From: a virus
Lineage: Duplodnaviria > Heunggongvirae > Uroviricota > Caudoviricetes
DNA: 64,000 nucleotides
Strand: one strand, 5' to 3'
IMG/VR virus record: IMGVR_UViG_2529292920_000018
Coordinates: 1 to 64,000 of that record
Part shown: in pieces, positions 1 to 7,457 of the stretch
Layout: every line of letters begins with the position of its first letter
Numbering within the stretch: position 1 is the first letter of the stretch
Position numbers and translations under genes: made by a program
The notes under the pieces: generated by a model
The model's input: only the letters and a program-made list of their open reading frames with translations
The model's database searches: none
What the model was told of the DNA's origin: nothing

Positions 1-495
1 AAAGACGAAAACGTTGGTTTAGGAGAAGGCTCTGCACTGCCCGTTGGTGTGCCCGTTCCGTGGCCCTTAGCAACACCACCAACGGGCTGGCTGAAATGTA
101 ACGGTGCAGCATTTTCTTCTGAAATGTACCCCAATCTGGCAAAAGCCTACCCCACCAATAAATTACCGGATTTACGGGGCGAATTTATTCGTGGCTGGGA
201 TGATGGGCGAGGAATTGATGCGGCACGCGCTTTATTGAGCATTCAAAACGGGATGTTGGAAAAACATCGCCATATTGTTGTAGCTAACGATGGATATGAC
301 ACAAAAGATGAATGGGAGTTGGCTACGATTTTCAAAAAAACATATACACAAGGCAGGGGGCTTGATGCCACAAATACAGGAGGGAGTTTGATTCCATCAC
401 CAACGCTTCATTCACGAGGAAGTATTGGTAACACAGGTGGTAGTGAAACCCGCCCCCGCAATATTGCATTTAACTATATCGTGAGGGCGGCTTAG
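1..495 (+). CDS. Alternative tail-fibre C-terminal (receptor-binding) segment, silent in this orientation
   Basis: Open frame from position 1; first ~85 aa near-identical to the C-terminal part of the fibre at 1111-2562 then divergent; ends ETRPRNIAFNYIVRAA. Confidence 0.6.
   Translation, partial: KDENVGLGEGSALPVGVPVPWPLATPPTGWLKCNGAAFSSEMYPNLAKAYPTNKLPDLRGEFIRGWDDGRGIDAARALLSIQNGMLEKHRHIVVANDGYDTKDEWELATIFKKTYTQGRGLDATNTGGSLIPSPTLHSRGSIGNTGGSETRPRNIAFNYIVRAA
4..29. other. Din-family (gix/pix-like) invertase crossover site, left boundary of invertible tail-fibre segment
   Basis: gacgaaaacgttggtttaggagaagg; inverted copy of the site at 1559-1584; lies at the constant/variable junction (LGLGE) of the fibre. 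Confidence 0.5.
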
Positions 496-501
496 TTATA
501 T

Positions 502-1111
502 TCAACTGGCTGATGCCAGTGGTATTTCCGGCAAGTTGATATCTGGTGCCATGTTTATATCCATTGCGTTCAGCGCGTCTATATAATCCAGCACGGCATT
601 AAGCCGGGTGGTTTCTGCCTGCGTCAACTTCCGCCCGGCCCGCAACTTCAACTGAATCAGACTTATGGAATCCATTGCCGCATCAGCCAGTGACTGGCGC
701 TTGGTTTCTGCCGCTTCTACTGCGGCACGATGTTGTACCTCAGTATCTGTCACCCATTTTTCACCATCCCATTTATCGTATGGTGTTAACGGGGCGATAG
801 TGGTTGTATTTTCGGGTAGTCACCCAGCGCCGTGATTTCTTCGGTGTTTCCCGTGTCAGTGCTATAGACGGTTTCACCACGATGGTCTGGCGCATACTCC
901 CATGAATTTAAATCCTCCGAACGGCGAATAGCATAGCCAGATTTATGTGCGCCTGGGGCATCTAAACAGGAATTAGCCGGAATACCAACACCCACAGCAA
1001 GATATTCAGTTGATTCGGAAATATATTCCCGTGTCTCACCATCATAGTTATAAACGACGATGTTTCCTGCCTGTACGGCATAAGGTCATCATTTAATATC
1101 GCGTTATTCAT
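502..1111 (-). pseudogene. Tail fibre assembly protein (TfaE-like), disrupted by two frameshifts
   Basis: Homology to the intact Tfa at 43090-43683 is split over three reading frames (ORFs 786-995 and 502-753 plus an 11-codon N-terminal stub overlapping the fibre stop). Confidence 0.55.
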
Positions 1112-2562
1112 TATGCGGTTCTCACAATATAATTGAAGGCAATATTGCGTGGGCGGTTTTCATTCCCATCTGAGGATTCCGTTCTGTATTGACTGGTAAA
1201 TCTACCGTTAATTGCACCTTGCCGGACGGCATTATCTGTCGACAACAGACTATCCCCTCTTTTGTCATTTGGCACCAGTACCGTGTTATCCCACGCATCC
1301 CATGACCGAATATTATGATAATGACTTCCTGTTAACCACCCCTGCATGCTTAAGATGCCCCTTCCGGCATCCACCCCGCGCCCATCATCCCAGCCACGGA
1401 TAAACTCACCGCGTAAATCAGGTAATTTTAACGTTGGGTAAACCTTTGCCAGATTTGGGTACATTTCAGAAGAAAATGCTGCACCGTTACATTTCAGCCA
1501 GCCCGTTGGTGGTGTGGCTGAGGGCCATGGAACAGGCACACCAACGGGCAGTGCAGAGCCTTCCCCCAAACCAAGGTAATTGAGGACTTCTTTTATACTG
1601 CCCATAGCGATAATAGCGCGACCAATAGCTGTAAGGGTTGTCAGTGCTGCGCGGTCTGCTCCGGTAAAATAAGGCAACCGATCTGCTGCAGTGGCAAGTC
1701 CTGCCAGAGCAGTGAGCGTGGCATCTGCCGGTTGTTTTCCGTTTGCCAGATCGTATGCAGCCTTGACCGCTTTCGGTGTGGCGGCCAGTATTTCAGACGT
1801 GCTGTTGATGTCACTGCTCAATTGTACGGTGCCTTTTGCCGTCAGCGAGGCAGCAGGCACTCCCGTTATCTGACTCCACGGGTGAGTGTGGCTGACGGGC
1901 GCCTTGCCGGCTGCAAGGTCGTATGCAGCCTTGACCGCCTTCGGCGTGGCAGCCTCAGTTTCTGATTGACTGTCCGTGGCGCTGCTCAGTTGTACGGTGC
2001 CTTTTGCCGTCAGCGAGGCAGCAGGGACTCCCGTTATCTGACTCCACGGGTGAGTGTGGCTGACGGGCGCCTTGCCGGCTGCAAGGTCGTATGCAGCCTT
2101 GACCGCCTTCGGCGTGGCAGCCTCAGTTTCTGATTGACTGTCCGTGGCGCTGCTCAGTTGTACGGTGCCTTTTGCCGTCAGCGAGGCAGCAGGCACTCCC
2201 GTTATCTGACTCCACGGGTGAGTATGGCTGACGGGGGCCTTGCCGGCAGCCAGGTCATATGCAGCCTTGACGGCCTTTGGTGTGGCGGCCAGCGTTTCAG
2301 AGGTGCTGTTGGTGGCACTGCTCAGTTGGGTGAACCCCTTAGCTGTCAGTGTCGCGTCCGGGTGGTTACGGGAACGTACGTGTTCAGCCAGTGACTGTGC
2401 GGCTTCCTCCGTTTTTTTCTTCAGCCATTTCGTCCTGTTTGCCAGTTGCCGGGGGGCTCGATTTGATATCCCGTCTGCACCACCCAGAACCGGATCTGAT
2501 GTCTCCAGTTGATAGATATTTTCTTCCCACTTTTCTGTTTCATTCAGGTTTCCCATAATCAA
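1111..2562 (-). CDS. Tail fibre protein (Mu S / P2 H-like) with invertible C-terminus
   Basis: 483 aa; 56-aa tandem repeats of the phage tail-fibre repeat type; C-terminus ends NRPRNIAFNYIVRTA. Confidence 0.85.
   Translation of the reverse strand: MIMGNLNETEKWEENIYQLETSDPVLGGADGISNRAPRQLANRTKWLKKKTEEAAQSLAEHVRSRNHPDATLTAKGFTQLSSATNSTSETLAATPKAVKAAYDLAAGKAPVSHTHPWSQITGVPAASLTAKGTVQLSSATDSQSETEAATPKAVKAAYDLAAGKAPVSHTHPWSQITGVPAASLTAKGTVQLSSATDSQSETEAATPKAVKAAYDLAAGKAPVSHTHPWSQITGVPAASLTAKGTVQLSSDINSTSEILAATPKAVKAAYDLANGKQPADATLTALAGLATAADRLPYFTGADRAALTTLTAIGRAIIAMGSIKEVLNYLGLGEGSALPVGVPVPWPSATPPTGWLKCNGAAFSSEMYPNLAKVYPTLKLPDLRGEFIRGWDDGRGVDAGRGILSMQGWLTGSHYHNIRSWDAWDNTVLVPNDKRGDSLLSTDNAVRQGAINGRFTSQYRTESSDGNENRPRNIAFNYIVRTA
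1559..1584. other. Din-family invertase crossover site, right boundary of invertible segment
   Basis: ccttcccccaaaccaaggtaattgag; reverse complement shares core ttggtttgggggaagg with site 4-29. Confidence 0.5.
1700..2350. repeat. 168-bp tandem repeat, about 3.5 copies, inside tail fibre gene
   Basis: Motif tcccgttatctgactccacggg recurs at 1861, 2029 and 2197; encodes the 56-aa unit AKGTVQLSSATDSQSETEAATPKAVKAAYDLAAGKAPVSHTHPWSQITGVPAASLT. Confidence 0.8.
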
Positions 2563-3137
2563 CTGCTCCCGTGGTTATAACTGCCATCATGGATGGCGGT
2601 ATTGTTATAGCGAATGGCCACAGACTGATACTCCAGGCTGGCCAGATGGCAGCGGGCCGGTGCAAATGCAGCCAGCGTCTGACGCAGCATCGCGGCCTGA
2701 TCGTTAGTAATGGGCTGTTTCAGAATAACGCGATAAACTGCCCAGGCGGCTGCATCTCCATGAACAAACAGTCCGTTATAGCTGCGATTGCCGTCGTAAC
2801 TGAGACGACCTGTGCCTTCAATCAGATCCACTTCACCAAAGCCAAAACGGCGGATAACTTCCCGGATTGACCACGGCGTCCCTTTATACCGGTGCAGTTC
2901 GATGGCTGCTTTTATAAGCATGCGGCGAACATCGTCCGATTCCGCCAGCTCCCAGCCATCGCCAGACAGTGAGAACTGCTCGCCCAGCCATGGCAGCGCG
3001 GAACTGTCGACGATATCGACGAGAAAGACCATCAGTACGCTCAGGTCGATGTTATCCAGCCGTCCTGCCAGTCTTCCCAGCGTCCTGAGACTGATATCAC
3101 CCTCAAGCGGTGGCGGGAGTTGTAATGGCTCAGTCAT
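2559..3137 (-). CDS. Tail protein, P2 gpI-like (Mu gp48-like)
   Basis: 192 aa; resembles the gpI-like protein at 45279-45890; position between baseplate J and fibre. Confidence 0.65.
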   Translation of the reverse strand: MTEPLQLPPPLEGDISLRTLGRLAGRLDNIDLSVLMVFLVDIVDSSALPWLGEQFSLSGDGWELAESDDVRRMLIKAAIELHRYKGTPWSIREVIRRFGFGEVDLIEGTGRLSYDGNRSYNGLFVHGDAAAWAVYRVILKQPITNDQAAMLRQTLAAFAPARCHLASLEYQSVAIRYNNTAIHDGSYNHGSS

Positions 3138-4233
3138 CAGACACTCCAGTCATGTTAAGAGTGATTGCCGTACAGTTTGCCCATTCGTTTTCTGCCACCA
3201 CCCGCAGTGCCGGTGTCACCAGTTCAACCTGGTACACCCCGGAAACGGACAATGCACTGATAATCTGGCTGGGGACAATATCGCGCCCCAGCGTGGCGGC
3301 ACGTGATGCCACCCAGTTCTGTATGGCGCTGTTAGCGGCATCTTTTACAGACCTGGCATCCTGATCACGATAGATCGTAATCTTGGCTTCAATGGTGTAA
3401 TCCACCTTCACTGGTGTTTTAGCCCGCACTGTATCAGTGAGTGGCCTGACTTTCTCATCAGAGCAGAAACTCTCTACCAGCGTGAGAACACCGCCGTCCG
3501 GCAGACCGGTACTGAGCAGCGGATACAGATCTACGGTCCCGGGAACCGGGGAAAGCACAGCAACATCGACAATGTTGGGATGGGCCTGCATGGCATGAAA
3601 GCGGTATGCGCCACGGCTTCCGGCATTGGTGAATGACTCCGGGGCCAGCCTGATACGCTCCCGGAGCCTGTCATCGTCTTCCTGTTCTGAACCGCCGGAA
3701 CTGGCCGTCAGATTGCTCACCAGCAGGTCGACGTTATCAATCTCATCGAGTAACTGACTGACCTGCGCAGGTTGCCAGCCGTTACCAGCGGTACCGGGTT
3801 CGGTACAGGTGGACGTGACATTGACCAGCAGCAATCCGGCCTTCAGTACCACATCTGTATCGGTGGCAAAAATAACGCTGTCGGAAGCGCTGACGCGGGT
3901 GCCTGCCGGGATCAGCACATCAATGGCCAGTGCCTCATCTACGGAGAACTGGAGCGTGGTAGTGGCAGGCTGCGCGGCAAGACGGTATACACCGACCAGT
4001 TCACCGAGGTAATCAATCATCGGCTCACGGGCAAAGGCGACCAGATTCTGCTTTGCTGCCTCCTGTACCGCAACCCTGACCAGCATTTCGCGATAGGCCC
4101 ACAGATCAATCAGCAGACGTTCTGCCTGTGCCGGGTACAGCGTTTTGCCGGTATCCGCTTCATACTTCGCAATCATTTCTGCCGTGATTTTGTCGGCATC
4201 GCGTTCAATAAAATCGGGTTCTGTCAGCGCCAT
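3130..4233 (-). CDS. Baseplate J-like protein (Mu gp47-like)
   Basis: 367 aa; synteny and resemblance to the J-like protein at 45883-46791. Confidence 0.75.
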   Translation of the reverse strand: MALTEPDFIERDADKITAEMIAKYEADTGKTLYPAQAERLLIDLWAYREMLVRVAVQEAAKQNLVAFAREPMIDYLGELVGVYRLAAQPATTTLQFSVDEALAIDVLIPAGTRVSASDSVIFATDTDVVLKAGLLLVNVTSTCTEPGTAGNGWQPAQVSQLLDEIDNVDLLVSNLTASSGGSEQEDDDRLRERIRLAPESFTNAGSRGAYRFHAMQAHPNIVDVAVLSPVPGTVDLYPLLSTGLPDGGVLTLVESFCSDEKVRPLTDTVRAKTPVKVDYTIEAKITIYRDQDARSVKDAANSAIQNWVASRAATLGRDIVPSQIISALSVSGVYQVELVTPALRVVAENEWANCTAITLNMTGVSDD

Positions 4234-4571
4234 AGCAGCTCCTGAGTCCGGGTCTGTCCGTCTGAGCCTTTCCAGCTCACCCGGAGCGTAAGATGTTCGC
4301 CGTCGACGGCGGGTTTAACTGACATAAGCTGGCAGCGGGGCTCCCAGCGCCGGATGGCATCGACGGATTCGCGCACCACATGCGGAATGGCCCGGTCTAC
4401 AGGCCAGTCGATATAAAGATGCAGATTGCTGCCGAACTCCGGGCGATGCGGGTCGCTGCCGCGGGGAGTCCGCAGGATAATTTGAATCGCCTGCCGGATA
4501 TCATCCAGCCCCCGGACAATTTCGCCGGGAGCCTGCAGGGTCGGTTGCCAGAATACTGAGGTTGTTTTCAT
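4224..4571 (-). CDS. Baseplate protein, GPW/gp25-like (Mu gp46-like)
   Basis: 115 aa; pattern similar to the gpW-like protein at 46796-47143. Confidence 0.7.
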   Translation of the reverse strand: MKTTSVFWQPTLQAPGEIVRGLDDIRQAIQIILRTPRGSDPHRPEFGSNLHLYIDWPVDRAIPHVVRESVDAIRRWEPRCQLMSVKPAVDGEHLTLRVSWKGSDGQTRTQELLWR

Positions 4572-4625
4572 GGGGGCAGTATTGCCCCCGTGCGGGAACG
4601 CTGATATTAAAGGCGTTTAAAAAGC

Positions 4626-5222
4626 TCAGTGGGAGTGGTGGCTGGAGTTTTCGCCATCAGACAACATACTGCCCGTGGCATGGGCATTCCCTTTAATCTC
4701 GATATTGCCATGGATGGTCGCGGTAACACCTTCACCACCAGAACCCGCCATGCCTCCTTCGTAAATCAGCTTACCCCTGACACGCAGATCTCCGGTAAGT
4801 TCGGTTTCCGGTGCGTCAATCGTGGCTTTCTGTGTTTTCAATACCACATCAGCACCACACTCAATGACAATATGCTCAATGCCGCCCCGGATGGTCAGAG
4901 TGTGCGTCTTCCGGTTGTAGCTGTACTCTGCACCATCAGCAAACCGGGTTCCCCGGATATTTTTGTCACTGAACGGTGGTTTATCGACGTCTGAATACAC
5001 CGCGCCCAGAATAACACCATCCTCGCCGTTGGCATCGAGCAGTACCTCAACCTGCTCCCCCACGTCAGGGAGCCAGTAATCTTTGTTATCCTGGGTATTG
5101 CGCTGCAGCACGTTAAGCCAGTTTGTGCGCAGGTTATCGCATTCAGGCAGACGAACGCGGGCCTGAACCCTGTCGGCATCAACGGCACTGACCGTACCGA
5201 CCTGACGAGTGACACCAGTCAT
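4626..5222 (-). CDS. Baseplate assembly protein V-like (spike)
   Basis: 198 aa; synteny; resembles the V-like protein at 47140-47775. Confidence 0.7.
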   Translation of the reverse strand: MTGVTRQVGTVSAVDADRVQARVRLPECDNLRTNWLNVLQRNTQDNKDYWLPDVGEQVEVLLDANGEDGVILGAVYSDVDKPPFSDKNIRGTRFADGAEYSYNRKTHTLTIRGGIEHIVIECGADVVLKTQKATIDAPETELTGDLRVRGKLIYEGGMAGSGGEGVTATIHGNIEIKGNAHATGSMLSDGENSSHHSH

Positions 5223-6373
5223 TTTTTCTTCTCCTTAATCACCGTCGATGTACTGCCATCCGGGTGATAAACCGTGAGTTTCTGAGTTTTTTGTTTTTTC
5301 CCTCTTGTGACTGGCCCCCGTGCCACTTCCAGCTCTGTGGTGTAGCCGCTGTTACGGTCAAACGCATGGCGGGCAGTGGTTATGAGCCATGGCCCGGATA
5401 ACTGCCCAAAACCCACCAGTTCAATTTTGTTGCCTGCTGTCAGTTGAGGTGTTCCCGTCAGCGTCAGGGAGCCGTTCTGCTGGTATTCGTTATGTCTGGC
5501 CAGTGCTGAATCCGCTTTAATCCGGGCACTGTCCGGGTCGCTGACGCGGCTGTTAACTTTAAGTGAGTCAGCGCTGGTAACCTTACCACCTTTGAGCTTT
5601 TTGTCGCTTTCACGGGTACCACCATCAGCTTCGTAGACGATCAGTTTTTTACTGCTGCTTTTCTGGTGTTTTACCTTTGCAGATTTATAGACCCGGTTGA
5701 TGGTGTCACGCAGGGAAAAGCGGGCCACATCCTGCGGTTTTAACTGCCTGACCGGCTCCTGACTGCGCAGTGTGGCCAGATGAGAAAAAATCAGCTGGTC
5801 ACTGACCACTTTCACTGCATAACCATACTCGCTGGCCAGCCGGCGCAGAAAACCCACGTCGGTTTCAGCATACTGGGTCACCCGGTCGATTCTGATGGAC
5901 TCAATGCTGCCCACCAGTTTCAGTCGGTGCTTTCTGGCAATCCGCCCCGCAACAGCTGCCAGCGTGGTGTTCTCAAAACCACGACTGGTTTTAGTCCGCA
6001 GGGCACTGTTAACCGAGGTGGCCACCCCACGGATAGAAACAACGGAAGCGGGCGAACTCACTTCGATCTCGTCTATAGAGAACGTACCGCAGGACAGCAG
6101 CTTCTCGCCCTGATAGCCCATTTTCAGCGTCAGCGTGTCACCCTTGCCCGGATACCATTTATCCAGCCAGCGGCCATCGGTGTCGTCCAGCTCCACCTCA
6201 ATGGTATCGGACTCATTTTTGATGTTATCGCTCCAGGTCACACGGGTGACATAAGGCGCGATATCAGAGGTGATGTTTTTCTGCAGATACCACAAAGTGA
6301 ACACCGGTGTCAGCACATCGCTGACGCCGGTTAACGCTGATGTGACTTGCGCAGTGCTGTTTATCTCAGCCAT
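5219..6373 (-). CDS. Tail protein, gpD-like (Mu P / gp44-like)
   Basis: 384 aa; N-terminal 230 aa align by eye with the truncated D-like ORF at 35994-36698. Confidence 0.7.
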   Translation of the reverse strand: MAEINSTAQVTSALTGVSDVLTPVFTLWYLQKNITSDIAPYVTRVTWSDNIKNESDTIEVELDDTDGRWLDKWYPGKGDTLTLKMGYQGEKLLSCGTFSIDEIEVSSPASVVSIRGVATSVNSALRTKTSRGFENTTLAAVAGRIARKHRLKLVGSIESIRIDRVTQYAETDVGFLRRLASEYGYAVKVVSDQLIFSHLATLRSQEPVRQLKPQDVARFSLRDTINRVYKSAKVKHQKSSSKKLIVYEADGGTRESDKKLKGGKVTSADSLKVNSRVSDPDSARIKADSALARHNEYQQNGSLTLTGTPQLTAGNKIELVGFGQLSGPWLITTARHAFDRNSGYTTELEVARGPVTRGKKQKTQKLTVYHPDGSTSTVIKEKKK

Positions 6374-6576
6374 GGGGCAATATCCTCTTCTGTACGGGCT
6401 TCTTCAGCCTCAATCACCGGGATCAGTAACAACAGCCCGGAGGGCAGCACCGGCGTGATGGCCACGTGCGGATTGGCGGCAATAATCCGGGGATAGCCCA
6501 GCGGGTCACCGTAGTACTGCCATGCCAGCGAATCCCAGCGCTCTCCGTCACGGGTAACATGTTCAAGAAACATCAC
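6361..6576 (-). CDS. Tail protein X-like (LysM-like)
   Basis: 71 aa; motif WQYYGD...IIAANP resembles the P2 gpX-like protein at 50497-50700. Confidence 0.5.
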   Translation of the reverse strand: MMFLEHVTRDGERWDSLAWQYYGDPLGYPRIIAANPHVAITPVLPSGLLLLIPVIEAEEARTEEDIAPWLR

Positions 6577-7457
6577 ACACTCCTCGTCAGTATTCTGGCG
6601 GCCATTGCACTTAATCCCGGAGACATGCGGTTGAATGCTGTGCCGGCGGCGTTAAGCTGCCCGGAAACGGTATCCAGAGCACCTGCAATATTTCTTTTGT
6701 CCACACCACTCAGCGCAGACTGTGCCTGCTGTACATACGTGGCTGCTTCGCTGGCTGTTCTGGCCAGACTGATGGCATCGGGCATGGATTCAGAGAGTGC
6801 GTTAAACGCCGGAACACTTTTCCCCAGAGCCCCGGAGATATTACCCAGTCCGCTCATCAGCCCCGGCACACGGGTCAGTGCGACAACGGGGTTATCCTTC
6901 ATTTTCTGTGTCACCCGAACGGCGCTGATAGTGGTCTGGAGTACAGACTGCGCCTGTTTCGCATAGTTGACGCCGTTGCGGATGAACTGCGCCACCCCTG
7001 AAGGTGAAGGTATGGCACCGGAGACCGCCCCGACACCCGGGAGCTTCGTGCGTATTGCCGGTGGTTGCAGAGGATTTTTCGGGTCACCGGTGTATTCCCG
7101 GAGAGACACGGTGGCACTGACAGCCAGCACGTTGCCGGTACTGTCAGTCTGCTCGCTGGTTGCAGTCACATCGGTAATCACGAACCAGCCGCGATAGTCA
7201 CCGTTGCCGAAGACCAGCGCCAGTGCCTGATGGGCTTTCATGGCTGTTCGCAGTCTCGCCAGCTCCACATCGGGTACACAATAATGCTGATGGAAAACCA
7301 GAGTTATCTGGATTTCGTCCAGCCTGTCGCCGACGAACTGCAGGCCAGGCTTACCCCCGATGCGGGCATGCTCCGCATAATCGACGCCGAACGTGGCCTC
7401 GAAGCCGTCCCAGTAGGTAATCAGCTCAAACTCAATATCACCCAGTACGGCAAACAT
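6573..7457 (-). CDS. DNA circularisation protein N-like (gpU-like N-terminal domain)
   Basis: 294 aa; N-terminus resembles the gpU-like protein at 36698-37177; located after the tape measure. Confidence 0.6.
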   Translation of the reverse strand: MFAVLGDIEFELITYWDGFEATFGVDYAEHARIGGKPGLQFVGDRLDEIQITLVFHQHYCVPDVELARLRTAMKAHQALALVFGNGDYRGWFVITDVTATSEQTDSTGNVLAVSATVSLREYTGDPKNPLQPPAIRTKLPGVGAVSGAIPSPSGVAQFIRNGVNYAKQAQSVLQTTISAVRVTQKMKDNPVVALTRVPGLMSGLGNISGALGKSVPAFNALSESMPDAISLARTASEAATYVQQAQSALSGVDKRNIAGALDTVSGQLNAAGTAFNRMSPGLSAMAARILTRSV

